A stretch of DNA of 64,000 nt, taken from contig NC_058383.1 in the NCBI RefSeq assembly GCF_018350175.1, forward strand, positions 496,001 through 560,000. The letters run 5' to 3'. Position 1 is the first letter of the stretch, and the number at the start of each line of letters is the position of its first letter. The notes below the pieces were generated by a model that worked only from the letters and a program-made list of their open reading frames with translations, was not told the DNA's origin and did not search any database. Positions 35,025 through 48,400 of this stretch are shown here, piece after piece. The position numbers were made by a program, and so were the translations under genes. Source of the stretch: Felis catus (taxonomy: Eukaryota).

Positions 35025-36284
35025 AGGCAGAGCATCAGGTGCTGGAATGACTCCTTCCAGGAAAGTTCCAGAGTGTTGGGCCCGCATTGTGAGGGTGGGA
35101 GGGCAGGAACAGTCGCCCGGCCTGCCCCCGGGAGCCGCCCGTCTGCTTCCTGGATGGTTACGGGACTCGTGGGCACCCAGAAACTGGATGGGATGCCGCA
35201 CAGGCTGACAGTGTCTCAGCAGAGGAGGAGTCGGGGGGCCCTGCATGGCTGCGGAGGCGAACACGGCGGGGGGGGGGGGTGTCCATGCCACTCGTGTGCG
35301 AGCCCTCTGTGCATGCCCCTCAGGACGATCCCCATGTGGCCCCCCGCAGCCCGACGTCCAAGCAGGCACTGACACACAGAAAGCCACTGATCCCCTGCGT
35401 CACCACCTCCCTCTGGGCAGGGGTCTGATCCACAGTGGGGCCTCCCAACCCCGGGTCTAGTGCCCCTCCCCAGCTTCACCCCCCCAATCCCAGGAGCAGC
35501 GGGTCCCGGGGGGAGGGATGAGCTCCCAGATCCAGCTGGGCGGCCCACCCGGGCTGTTCCTGGGCTGATACTTGAGCTCTGGACTGAGTTGTTTTTCCTC
35601 CACCAAGAAATCCTGGCAGAGGCCACAGAAAAGCCGAGACTCACCCCAGGCCAGAGCCAGGAGGCCCCGGGATAATAGGTCATGCTAGGGTGGCTTCCTG
35701 CCGTCCCCAGCCAGCTCCTGAATGAAATCAGGCTTGGAGAGACTCTCGGGTGTCCCAGCTGGGCCCTCAGCCACCACCAGCCCAGAGGGGCAGGTCCTCG
35801 TTGAGAAACACACACCAGAGACCAGCACCCAGGTTCAGACCAGGTTCTGGTCTTCTCTGCAAGACGGAGCCTCCCGTCCATCTTGAGTGTGGGTGAGTTC
35901 ACCACCGAGTGAGGGGCACCCAGCAGGTGCTCGGTAAAGTGGCCCCCAGCCCGATGTCTGCCAAAGGCTTGTGGGGCCCTCAGTCAGTTCTGCGGAATGA
36001 TCCCTGGTGCTGGGCACCCCTGACACCCGCACAGCAGAGAACCCCAAGCCCCCAGCCGGACAGAGCCCCCAAGGCTGAGGCAGGTGGGTGCCGGGCCTCT
36101 ACTCCCTCATGCCCCTAGGGAGTGAGTGTGAGGGCAGGAGGAGGAGCCAGACAGACTGTCCATCTATCCCCACTCTCCCTGGGAACTAACCCTGCACAGC
36201 CACTCAGCCACATCGCAGAGGGGAGCCCCAGGGGCAACAGAGTCTATGGCATTTCCGCCCGCCATTTGCCAGCACACTCTAAGG

Positions 36285-36420
36285 TGCTGGAGTGTTAGCT
36301 TTATGAGGACAGGACTGTCTTGTCCCTTTATCCCCTCATCCAAGGCCTGACACCGAGAAGGTAGTAACTATTGGGCAGGAGAGTGGGGGAGCGGGGGGAA
36401 ATGGGTGAGTGGTGGATGAA
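36285..36420 (+). mobile_element. L2 3' end fragment
   Basis: gtgttagctttatgaggacaggactgtcttgtcc...ggcctgacacc. Confidence 0.5.
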
Positions 36421-37344
36421 CAGCCGCCAGGCACAGCCACGGTGCAGCGTTGTGTTTTGAGCCTCCCTGCCAACTTTTGAGACACATGCCCAAGCATTAA
36501 GAATATGCTGAGGACTTTCCAAGTTTCTTTCTTTTTCTTCTTTCAAAATGCGGTCTGCTGGCTTCCACATCAAGCAGCCCTTTCTGAATTACAGGGTATA
36601 TTCCCCCAGGAAGCTCAGGCTGTGTTTCTTGGCCCTCGGAAACGGGACGTGTCTCAGTGCCTCTTCCCGAGGGCCCCCTGGAATCAAGGGGTGCAGCACC
36701 CAGCGTTCTGGCAACCTCCCACTGTGCACACACCCTTGGGGCAGGGAAACAAGGCCCACCTGCCTCCTGGGCAGTAGCCACTTGTCGGGGAGAGCAGGGG
36801 GGTGCAGAAGGGCCTCCCCTCTCCAGCTGGAGTGCTGTCCCGAGAGCCAGGGTGCTGGACCTACAGGGGGGCCGGGATGAGAACCTCCCGCGTACCGAAG
36901 AAAGACGAGACCCTACCGTGAGAGGGAGCAAGGCCACCGGAGCTGGCCCTCGCGTCACCGGGGACGCCTGACGAGCGCCCCTCAGTGTCCACGCATCCGT
37001 GTACACAGGTGAGCTTTCGAATTCGCAAATGACCCCTTTCCACTTGGAAAAGACCTGCCCCGCTCTGCTCTCCACCCTGCTGCAGCCCCGTCCGGGCCCC
37101 GGTGCTCCTCACCCTCCAGGTCTCAGCTCAGATGCCCCCCAGGGAGGCTCGCTAATGCCCCTGGGTGAGCATCCCCAGCTGTCCCTCCCCACAGCGGTTC
37201 ATGTTCCTACCACACCCAGCCCGTCACTGCTGCAGCCCAGTGCCCAACAGGCCACATGGCGGGGGCTCAGTCTGTCCACGGGAGCAGCCTGTTTGGCCTG
37301 ATGGTTTAAGAGGTTTTAGAAGAGACCAAGAACCCATCAAGCCG

Positions 37345-37485
37345 GTGCAGTCCACTCGTGCAGCCACTAGCCATATGTGGCTATTGGGCATGTGAAACGC
37401 AGCTGGGGCAGACGAGGAGCTGCATTTTTAATTGTATTGCATTTTAGTTCATTTTGAATCCAAACGTAAAATGCAAGAAGCCACG
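37345..37485 (+). mobile_element. MER3/Charlie1-like 5' fragment
   Basis: gcagccactagccatatgtggctattgggcatgtgaaa...gaggagctgcatttttaattgtattgcattttag. Confidence 0.75.
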
Positions 37486-37509
37486 ATCATCTGTGAACAA
37501 GCCCCGTGT

Positions 37510-38230
37510 GAACGTACAAAGACCTGTACACAATACTCACCAAAGCTTCGTTTGTAATACTACAACCTGGAACCAGTACAAATGCCCACCAGCAGTTGGA
37601 TGGATGAACGAGCATTGGACACCCATTCTCCAGATCCAACCATCCCACGGATCCATCCACCCCCACCTCCCTACTCAGGGCATCAGGAAGCTCTGGGGTG
37701 ACGGGCACGTTCATTATCTTGATTTTAGTGAGGGTTTCACAGGTCCGTGCTTATGTCAGAATTTATCAGATTGTACACTCTAAATATGTGTAGCTTGTTG
37801 CACATCAATTACACCTCCATAAAGCTATTTTTAAAAGGAAAAACATGTAGTTTGGGGATAAGATAGTCATATGAAAAAAGATTAGATTGGGCCAATTCCT
37901 CACCCTTTACACCAGGGATAAACACCGATGGGTTAGACGTGCATGTGAAATAAAACAAAACAAAGCCATGATGAGAGAGATCTTGCTGGCGAAGCCTTAG
38001 CTCTGTGCCTTGAAGCATTGGTGGTTACACAAAGCTACACGCGTGATAAAATGCCATTGAACTACACACACACTGTCCTGGCACTGATTTCCTCACCTTG
38101 ATATTGTGCTATCGTCGTATGAGATTCAACCACCAGGGGAAAGCGGTGAAAAGCACGAGGAGCCTCTCCAAACCATCTCTGCTGCTCCCTTCGAATCCAC
38201 GATGTTCCACAGCAAGTATTTGAAATAAAT
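37510..38230 (+). mobile_element. Stacked ancient L1 3' fragments
   Basis: cagattgtacactctaaatatgtgtagcttgttgcacatcaattacacctccataaagct; tgagattcaaccaccagggggaaagcggtgaa. Confidence 0.7.
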
Positions 38231-38469
38231 AAATAGACCAACAATTCGTAAAGGCCTAGCAGAAAACACGGATAGGTTTTTCCACGATCTCTATGTTTGA
38301 AAATATTTTTGCTTTTTAGAAAATTAGGAACTAGATAGGCAGCGATCAGGGAAAACAGCCTCGAACTATCAAAGACAGAGGGTGACTGGCAAACACAGAA
38401 CGACGCAAACAGAGGACGTGTGGCCCGAAGAAGCGCGTGGGGAGCCCCAGCTCCTGAACCCCGTGAACA

Positions 38470-38735
38470 TGGCAGGCAAAGGTCAAACAGCTTGTCAGGG
38501 AAAATGCGGCTGTTAGCGGAAAAGTGAATCTGGGGGGATGTTCCAGTCAAGTACAGTTCAGGCGACCCAGCCACGTAAATCTACTCTTCACCTGTAAATT
38601 TTATGAAGTCTACACACAGAGCAAGCATTTCCAGTGGAAACGCGGTGTGCAGATTGAGACGCACGGTGAGTGTAACACACGCTCCAGATCAATTTCTTAA
38701 TGGATTACATGTTGAGACGATATTTTGTGAATCCA
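38470..38735 (+). mobile_element. Charlie1/MER33-like hAT 3' fragment
   Basis: tgtaaattttatgaagtcta...attgagacgcacggtgagtgtaacacacgctccaga...gattacatgttgagacgatattttg. Confidence 0.6.
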
Positions 38736-39419
38736 GACTTGATCACCCTGCTCTGGGTCCAAATACTCGCCCTCCGAGCGCGGGGAGGGGAGACCCTTCG
38801 CTCGCGCTCTTCTGCTGAATGTGGACACGGAGTTGTGCGTCTCGTGCTCCTGCCAACAGCCTGTGTCCCCAGAGCACCCCGAGGGTGAGGACAGCTGCGC
38901 GAGGGCGGCCGTGGGTCTCGGGCAAGGTGCTGAGCGGCCGACCACCGTGGCCCCGTCCTATCTCCCGCTCCTCACGCCTTAAGTGTTACCTATTTTCTGT
39001 CGGGTCGAGTGCAGCCAAAGCACTCCCCGATGCCCAGCAGCTCTCAAGTTTCGGGAAGGCTCCCACGGGGGTCGAGAGGTAATTTGGGAGGTACAAGGAC
39101 AGGCTAGAGGAAGCTTGATACCCAGATGGGGAAATGCAGTTAGCGTTCACGCGTGAAAGAAAGAAAAAGTGAGGTGATTTAAAGAAAAACGTTGGGTCAA
39201 CGCCAAGGCAGCGTAGGGCGGGGGAGCAAAACTCAAGAGGCAGTAAGCAAAGGCTGCCCAAGTGGGGCAGAATGCCTTGGTGGTGCAGGTGGGTAAGCGG
39301 AGTCCCAGCACACAGCAGCATCCCTCCCAAAGTCACCTGAGCCCAACTCCCAGCCCAGGCCTGTCTCAGTCAAGCTCCTGCCCCTCCTTCCCTCCCTCCC
39401 TTGCCCCCGTCTCTCCCTT

Positions 39420-39540
39420 TCCCTCTGTCACTGCCTCTCTCTCTCTTCGTCTGTTTCTGCGTCTGCCTCTCTGTCTCCCGCTGTCTGTCTCTGTCTCTCT
39501 TCTCTCTGTCTCTGCCTCTGTCTCTCTCTGTCTCTGTCCC
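39420..39540. repeat. (TC/TCTG)n low-complexity tract
   Basis: Read directly. Confidence 0.85.
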
Positions 39541-42500
39541 CCTCCCCTCATCCCACTCTCCTCTGTCTTGGGAAGAAAGCTAGGGGACGCTATGTCCCCT
39601 CTCTGTGCCCCCCTGGGCTGGGCTGCCCCCACGGGAGCTGAATGAGAGAGAGCCCAGCTGGGACCCCTCATCCCTGGCGCTTTGTTCAGCTTCAGGGAGG
39701 GTGTGGGGGTCTGGGGGGCGCAGCACTGGCAGGACGGGGCTCACTGGACTTCCCCCGGGCTGGCTAAGAGCATGGATCACACAGGCTCCAGGACGGAACC
39801 TGCTAAGAGGCCAGGGCCTCCTGCATGGTGGGGGCCCCACTCAAGCCCTCCCTTCTGGGCTCGGGCAGGCCGCCCTGGAAATGACAAAGGCCAGTTAGTC
39901 ACTTCCCTGGAATTGTCACATCCAGCTGCCCGGTCCTAAATAAACAAGCCAGCATTTCGCCCAGCGTTTTCAATTTTCCCAGGCACACACCGTACCCCGT
40001 GTGGCCATGTGGTCTCTCGGGGAGGGGGCTCTGGGCCTGCCCCCAGGTGGCAAGTCTGGAGTGGCCCGGCAGGAGGCAGTGGAGCGGGCCCCCCAGCAGG
40101 TGCCCAGGATCGCACCCTTTGCCCTCCTCTGGCCCCACCGGCAGAGCCCTTGTAATTTGGGGTGACATCGCCCTCATATTGGCCATGTTTGATGAGAATT
40201 CTCCATCGGCGGGAGGAGGGTGACATTTGTGGCAATCCCAAAATAGCCCCCAAAGCTGCCCGCCACCCCAGGGATACCCGGAAACCACGCCCAGCTAAGG
40301 GCAGAGGTCACCCAGCTCCCAGGCCTTTGATGTTCAAGGGGCCTTGAAGAAACTTCCAGAAGAGGAGCGGGGCCACAGCTCCGCCAGCGCCTGGTTCATG
40401 GGAGCCACGGCGAAATATCTACAGAGGGAACAGATGAACGATTGATTGGATGAAGGAACGAAGCCAGAAAAATGGAACGTGAAGAAACGAGTGTCCCTGG
40501 GGCCTCTGGCGGGGACGCTCGGCAAATGTGGTCGGAAGCGTGGCCTCCAGAACTGTGGGAGGTGGGTCCCTGCTCCCAGCTGGTGTCTGCTCCCTGGTTA
40601 GGGCAGCTCCAGGACACTGAATCACAACAGCGCCTGGGCGTGTGATGCCCACCACCAGTGTCACCCTGCTCAGGGAAGGACCGGCGTCGCCCCATCTGAG
40701 AGACGGGAGAGGCTGCAGGAGGATGTGCCCACGGTCACACAAGGTCTCACGCTGCCCTCTCAGCACCGGTCGCGGGGCCCTGGGCGTTATGCCTCAGCAC
40801 CACATCCGCCACGGGACCGTCCTGGACCCTGCGCCCTCATGGTGGTGTAAGGGCTCCACGCATTTAGCCACGGACACCTGCCACGTGCAGACGTGGGCAC
40901 AGCGAGCTCCAGGGGGAGCGTCGCAGAACTGCAGTCCTCTACCTGGCCGCCGAGTCCCTCCTGGTTCCTTCCCCAGATGTGGATGAGCCTGGGGGCCCCG
41001 CGTGTGGCCTTGGGGCCCAGGAGGCACGTCCCCACCCTCTCCATCGAGGGGCACAGTGGGGGGTCGAGAGTCAGGACCCACCTCACAGCCTGGCGTGGGC
41101 GTGTTCCGGGCGTGTCTTCCGCTCCCGGAAGACAGCGAGGGGGTGAGGACGACCCCGTCCTCTGGGCTGCCCAGAGGTCACAGCCAGGACCTTGCCCCGC
41201 CTGTGTCCCTTTCATCCGGCGGCCAGCCAGAGCTGTGGGGGCAGGGCCACAGAGGTGCCCAGACCCAGGCAGAGAAAATGCAGGCGCGTGTGGGAAACCC
41301 TGGAAACCCAGGAAAAAACGATGTTACGTTCAGCAAACGTGTGTGTTGTGTGTTTTGTCCAAGACACATCTGTTTATCGGCTGGCCTGTGAGCCCCCATT
41401 TCACAGATGAAGAAACCGAGGGCAGAGAGGGGTGAGCCACACCCCAAGGCCACACCATGGTCCCAAGGTCACACCATGGTAAGGAAAGACCCCCATGTCA
41501 GCCCCCAGTTGTTTAAGTCATACCTTCCTGTTATGGTCAGTGCTGTTTTAAGGGAGTTACTTATGGAAGATGAAGTCCACATGGGGTCATGTCCCCCCGT
41601 GGCAGGCACCTCTGTCCTGCCTGGGGCTGCCGTTCCCCAGACCACCTGGATGCTGGATGCCTGTCCTGCCAGCGAAGCCCGGTCTCCCCCCAACCCTTCC
41701 ACGCACGGGGGCCGTGGCCGTCCTGAAACTCGGGGAGGGGAGTAGATGACCCAGGTCTGAGTTCCTGACCACCGAACCACACTCAGGAGCGTGCCGTGCT
41801 CTGGGCAATGGGGGGGGGGGGGGGAACGGACCGGCAGGACATCGATCCCCTCTCTGAGCCTCAGTTCCCCTGCCCCTCACTTGGGTTCCCGCTAGAGAGT
41901 TCCAAGGCTCCTGGCCCCAGCCGCCCACCCGAGACCAGCACAGCGGGTGCACAGACCCACGACAGGGCTAGATTTCCGTTGGCGGGGTGGGCTGGGGTCT
42001 AACGGGTAACCTTCCCTGTGCCTCCCAGGAAGGAGACTGTTCTGTGAGCTTCCTGCCCCTACACCCACAGGGCGGCTGGCGGGAGGGACACTTCCTGGCC
42101 GCCTGCCAGCTCCCCGGCATGCCTGCGGTGACTTCTGGAGCCTGGCCAGATGCCGTCACACGTCCCTGGGGCCCCTCCGCATTCTTGGCTTTTGTTTCCG
42201 ATGACGCGGGGTCCCCCGGAAGAGGGGAGTCATGGCGGGGAGGGGCCTCGGGGTGATTCCGGATCCGCACCGGGACATCAGGCCCTGAGCCCAGTGGCAG
42301 GAAGGGGCCGCACAGGCCCACGTGCAGAGCACAGGCCGGGGGGCTGAGGCCCTGAGGCCCGGGTGCAGGGAGAGCAGGACAGCCCAGGCCTCGGGGCACA
42401 CGGGGGCCAGGGAACCCGGCTGGGTGGCTCCGGCCCCACAGTCCACTCCCCTGGCTGTGGGCGTCGGCGGGGCCCCTCCGGGTTACAGGCAGCAACAACT

Positions 42501-45500
42501 GTGCCCTATTTATACCATTGCTTGACTGTCCATGGGCTGCGGCCAGCAGATCCCGACCAGGATTGCACTGTGATCGGTTTACATTTAAAATAAATGTTTC
42601 CTTAGCTTGAGTCTGATCCCCGGCAATGAATTTCGGGAAGCGGGGAGCCAGGTCCAGCCTGCAAGGGAGGCCTCGCTGCTGGGCACTCGGGGACAGCAGC
42701 GACGCGGCCAGCAAGAGTGGTCCCCCGACCCTCCTGTACCCCGGGGGCTCCGTGCACCCTGGAGCCTCGCCCGCCAGGTGACCCCGAGGCAGTCCTGCCC
42801 AGCCAGCCTCCACGCCAGCCTCCCTTCTCCCCGCCGGAGTCCCGGCTTCCGCACGCCTCAGACACAGTTCCTCACCTGGCCCTGCCCACTTTACAGACGG
42901 CTCTGGAGCCTTCCCAAGGCGGGCTGTGAGAGAGACTAGCTCGAGGCACGTGGGGCCTTGTTTTCAGGGACCCCGACAGATGCCAGCGGGTCAGATTGAA
43001 CTTCACGGCTCTTCCCGAAGACGCCCCTGCCCTCCTTGCTCTAAATGCAAAGGGACTCTCAGAGTTCGCTTGGGGAACACAAAATGCAGCCTCCTAACCA
43101 TGATGGCAGCAGCCTGAGCTTGGCTGTGCCTCAGGTTCCAGTCCCGTCGGTCCCGGCCCCAGCACACCCCATGGAAGGCAGACGGGGAAGAGGCCGGGGG
43201 CAGCTGAGGTGTGCTCACGGCCACCTGCTCCTTTGAGCAAAGATCGGGGAGGGGACCACGAAGACGGCCCTGGCTGGGCTCCCAGTGAAGCCACCAAAGC
43301 CCCCAGACCGATGAGCAAAGCCTCCAAGGAGACTCCTCAGTGCCCCTCTCTGTCAACGACCCCAAGCTCTTGGAAAGGCTTCTTCTCGGCTGGATGAGGC
43401 CCCTGGGCCCGTGCTCTGAAGAGGGGCCCGGGTCATCAGCCCCTGCCTCGGGGGGTGGCACGCAAGGCCAGAGCTCGGTAAGACAAGGGCGCTGGTCTCA
43501 TGTGTGAGGAGCGTCCGAGCCCGACGAGCCCCAAAGGGGCTGGTCCAGCTCCAGCCGAGAGCCAAGCCCTGACGCAGGCATCAGGGACCCCGGGTGGTCC
43601 AGGGAAGGGGAGGGCGATGGGGACCCCGCCTGCATCCTACCCCAGCCTCCAGCAGCCCTGCTCTGGGGACCCAACTTGCTTCCAGGCCTCACGGTTTTGA
43701 GGACACACGACACCCCCAGCCACCTGAGGGAAGCCTCTGCCCAGGGGAGACGTGGCAAGGTCATGGGCGGGGCTGGCAGGGGAGGCGGGAGGTCTTGGTC
43801 GGCCGAGGCAGGCGCTGGGCCAGGCTCCCCTTCCTTTGCAACCCTGTTGGGGCTGCAGTGCTCACTACCTCCCCTCCGCTAGGGCGAGGGACTCCAGCCT
43901 TGAAACCCACGACTACTGTGCCCCGCTTGGGGCCCTCTTCTCTGCAGACAAGGGGGTCTTGGCGGGCCGGGGGGGGGTAGTAAAAGCAGCCCATGTGACT
44001 GAGCGCCTCACCCTCTGAGGTGGGTGTGCAGTGATGCCCATCTGACAGAGGAGGAAACTGAAGCTCGCGGGGCCAGGGGCCAGATGCCGGCATGCTGACT
44101 TCCGAGGCCCTGTGCTGGATCACGGTGATGTTGGGACGGTGGCGACATTGGATGAGGACTGTGTCCCGAGAAAGGCAAAGACGTGGTCTGATCCCAAGGC
44201 CGCCTCTCAGACAATGGGAACCACGAGCGTTTCGTTTCCAAGCCCAGCAAACCCTGGAGGCCACTGTGTGTCCCACCGAGTGCTGCGGTGACCTGGAACT
44301 CACGGCCTAGCGGAGGAGGCAGAGAGTGGGTAGGTGGCCCCGGTGCCTGCGGTCAGGGCTACAGGGCTGCAGGAGAGCAAGGGAGGGCCCAGTGTCTGTG
44401 GGCTGGGGTGCTTCGGGGACAGCTCGACCCAGGAAGTGCTACCAAAGCTGGGTTTTGAATGCTGAATAGGAGTTTTTCTCCGAGGAGGAGCGTTCCAAGT
44501 GCAGAAGACAGTATATGCGAAAGCGTGACGTCTGTGAGAGCGTGCTGAAGGCCAAGTGCGTCGAGGGGCTCGTGCATCTGGAGGGGAAGTCGAGGGGGAG
44601 CCCCGTGTGTATGGCAGTGGCAGAGACAGGATCCACTGTCCCGGCCCCAGCTCCCCCACCATCCTGGGGCCCCTCCCGTCTATTTGCAAACATCCCCTAC
44701 AGGCCTCTCACTGCGGACCGGAGGTGGTGCAGCACAGGCACCTACTCGGCGGGGGCCAGAACTCCCGAGGCCAAGACAGCAGGCACTTCCTGGCTCTGGG
44801 CTCAGATCCCGGGGGAGGCTGGGAGGGGCACCCAGGGTGGCATTCCAACTCCTACTACACAATTTGTCCATTTCCTGCCCTGGCTGCAAATTTCAACCAT
44901 TCCCTCACAGGCCATCTCCGGCCTCTGCCCACTGCCTGGCCCTGCATTGACCCTGGAACCGGCCAGGCCCTCAACCAGCATCCTGATGCGGGCACGGGTG
45001 CCAAGCCAGATGGGGAGCCTGGGGTCTCACGCGGTCTGTGCCTCCCTGGGCCACGTGCCTGGCCACGGCGCCACCTGCTTTTGGCCGTGTGGGGCTGGTG
45101 TCAGAGGCCCTCTAAGGTAAGAGACGCCGGCCAGAGGTGGGACATGGACTCCTGCGACCTGCTGAGGGTGGGCCTCTACCTGTTAACCCTGAAAGCGTGG
45201 TCCCTCCTCTCGGGGAGGGGGGCCTTGAGGGGGGCCCAGGCCCGAGGCGTCAGCGTTCCAGGTCCAGCACTCAGATGCCCAGCACCCCACTCCCCGGCAG
45301 GCCGACCTAAACAGATCCCGGGAGATCTGGCAGGGATCCTTCTGGAAACTTGAGAGAGCAGAGCACTCCATCTCTGCGGGGACCCTCTCTAAGCTCAAAG
45401 ATTGTCCCGCCCTTAAGAGCATCATCCTGGAGACCAGGTGAGGGCGTCCGGCCTCCCTTGCAGCTAGAATGCAGTCCTGCGAGCTGGGCCCTGCACGTCT

Positions 45501-47479
45501 GGGCCCCGAGCAAGTCTTCTGGGGAAGCTGGGAGCCCCGGGGACCCCCTCCTGAGGGCCTGTGGCCTGTCAGCAGCCCAAGGCCTTTGGGGTGCGTTCAA
45601 GTCCTGTCCACAGAGTCTGGGGGCTACCCTTAATACGTGATCCTTAACAATTGTCCTTGGGCATAAACGAGCTGAAATGGGGCCTGCTGTTGGCAGCCAA
45701 GAATTTAACCCAGGCTGACGCCGGACGGGAAGCTAGGTGCCGGGGCCGACGGGCACTCTGTGGATAGTGGCAGCCTTGTATGATGCCCAGCCTGGAGACC
45801 CCCCCCCCCCGCCCGCTCAGTTCCCATTTCCTGGCCACAGCCTGGGCCTGCCAGGAAGGACCCTTCCCCGATGCCCTAGAGGGGTCAATCTCTCTTCGTC
45901 CCCAGAAGCAGGCACCCCGCTGAGCCTCTAGGGGTGGGAGCGGAAGACCCCTGCCTCCCAAAACCCGTGTTGAGAACGGCAGGCCCTGGGAGGTCCCCGG
46001 CGCCGTGAGAAACCCCAGGAGAACCCTCGGGGGTTCAGGCCCCCCCCCCCGAGCTGGGCCAGACCTCCAGCTCCCAGTTACAGCCCCAGAGCATGCTCTC
46101 CGGGGCCTGAGGAAAGGCTGTCAGTGGACACGTCCCATCTGGGGACACCCGTGACCTGGCACGTCCCAAGCGTGCCCCGCGGTCACCTCACGCTGGAATT
46201 TGCACGGCAGGCCCAAAGGATCCGGCCATGTCTCTAATCGGGGGATACCATGGCTCTCCGTGTGATGTGAACCCACTGACCACCAACCAGCGACCTCGTC
46301 CCGTGGTCTGGCTGTGCCCGAACAGCTCCATCCTGACCGCGGGGGAGGATTCGCTGAGAAGGTGCCCCGAGAGGGAGGGGAGAGTCCCAGCTCACCCAGC
46401 TTGCTGCTCCCGCTGCCATACCAGTGACCAGCCACCTGTGCGGCATGGGGGCTTCAGGAAGGGCAGAGAATGCCACGCGGATGCAGACCCTGGGGGCCAC
46501 CCCGCCAAGGGGGAGCCAGAACACAGGGTGTGATGTGGGGCCAAGCTCACATAAAGGGTGTGTTCATCCAGGCCGCGTGGGGCTGGGCGCCCTCCAGCCC
46601 AAGCTGTGAACCCAGACAGATTTTCCATGCTGGGGCCCAGGGCCCCCGCCAGCCTGCTGTTAATAAAAAGTCACAAGGCTCAGCCAGAGCAGCTCAGAGA
46701 GACGGGACGGCCTTCCAACACATTCTAGCTTAGTGATTTAATGGCAGAGCCGGCGTGCACTATTTATGTAATAAATCCATCCATTTGGGGGTTTTAGTAT
46801 GTCAGAGGAGGCTCCTCCCCAACCCCACCCCCCCCCCAAACACAGAATCCTGAGAAAATCTCATTTCACAGGTTCCCATGAAGCCAGGTGCAAAGCAGCC
46901 GTGGCCGGCGTGGAGCCCGACTCCGGGAACATCGTTGCTGGCAGCCGGAGGGAGAGCACGAAGCAGGGCTTTCTGGGTGTGGCCGCCCTAAGGCAGGCAG
47001 GTGGCTCTCTGCTTCCCGGGAGAGGCGCCCCCCCCCCCCCCCGCCATCGCCTGACCCCGCTCTGGGGGGAGGGGGTCAGCCCCTCCGGGCAGGGGCTACA
47101 TCCCAGCCGAGAAGGTCCTAATTCGACTTGCTCACCGGCGACCGCACTCCTACAGATTTAGGCACTGAGGCAGATGCTTCGGGCAGAGGCTTAAAACCCG
47201 CCTCCGAGCTAGACATTCAGCTAAGGTTCACGGACCGAATTTCAACTCCAACATCAGAGCAGACCCTGGTAATCTGACGGACGCAACTCAAACAGCCCGA
47301 CTACACCCCAATCTGCCCCAGGCAGCGAACCAAAGACCTCTTAGTACTTGGCTTGCAGGTGCGGGCAGAGGACACGAGGAAACGCCCTCTTGCAAGACAC
47401 CAAAGCCCCTGAGGCGGGTTGAGCTCTGGGGCCGGGACTTCCAGGCCCCAGCGGGTGGGGACAGGCGACTGCCCCCAGT

Positions 47480-48400
47480 CTGCCAAGCAGCCCCCTCCTC
47501 CATCGGCCACCGTGATAGGCGGTCGGTTTGCTGCGAGGCGGGAACCGGGAGTCCATGCACAGTGGCGGGCTGGTCGCACACAGGGCCCCCCAGGCCCCAC
47601 ACCCACCCCGAGAGTGAGGTTATGGTTCCCCGGGGCGGGCGAGGGCACACGAGAGCCTGGGGTGTTGAGGGGTTTGCCAAGGCGCCCCAGCCGGAAAGGG
47701 AGAGACGGCACTCAGGGCGGAGCCTCGCACAGCCCACCGCCCACCGGGGGAGCCCACCGGGCCCTGCGTGCCCTCCTCTGCTCCCGCAGGGCCCTGGGCC
47801 CGGGAGGGCGCGGGGGGCGGGCGCGGGAGGCTCAGCAGGCCCGCCCCGTGACCCCGCTGTGCAGAGGCGACAGGCAGACGTGGGCCCTGCCGATGACCGA
47901 CGAGGGCCCTGACTTCATGCGTGCCCCAAGAGGCACGACCAAGCGGGCCAGCTCTGCCCCGAGCCCCCCGACTGGCACCCCGTACCTGGGTCAGCGCCGC
48001 GATGCGCTGTCGGTCATCCGCCTCCCGGGGCCGCCAGCGCCGTCAGTCGGTAGCGAACACAACTCGCCTCTAATAAAACAAATCATCTGAGGCTGGGGAA
48101 GCCACAAGAGGAAACAGCTGTGTGCTCTTGGCTGCGAACACGTGTTTCTACGCCCATCTCCCCGCTCCCCGCTCTGCTTCTGCGGAATTCCGGATTCTTG
48201 GCCATTTTCTGACGGCAGAGCGTTCTGTGCTGGGGAGAGCGGTTCCGAGGCCTCGCGCACATCGCCTGGTCACACGCGGGCAGAAGCCGGATCCGCAGGC
48301 CACGCTCAGTGCCCGCTGTGTGGGTGCGGAAAAGTGAGCCGTGGACCCTGACCCGACCGTACCCCACAAAGGCCGTCCCGGCCACAGATACCGACAACGC
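47480..48400. other. CpG-island-like segment
   Basis: Visibly dense CpG and GC boxes (ggggcggg); CpG obs/exp not computed; no TSS or exon identified. Confidence 0.45.

Noticed and set aside
47419..48090. 223-aa ORF over the CpG-rich segment
   Set aside because: No recognisable homology; composition typical of chance GC-rich ORFs; overlapping frames also open
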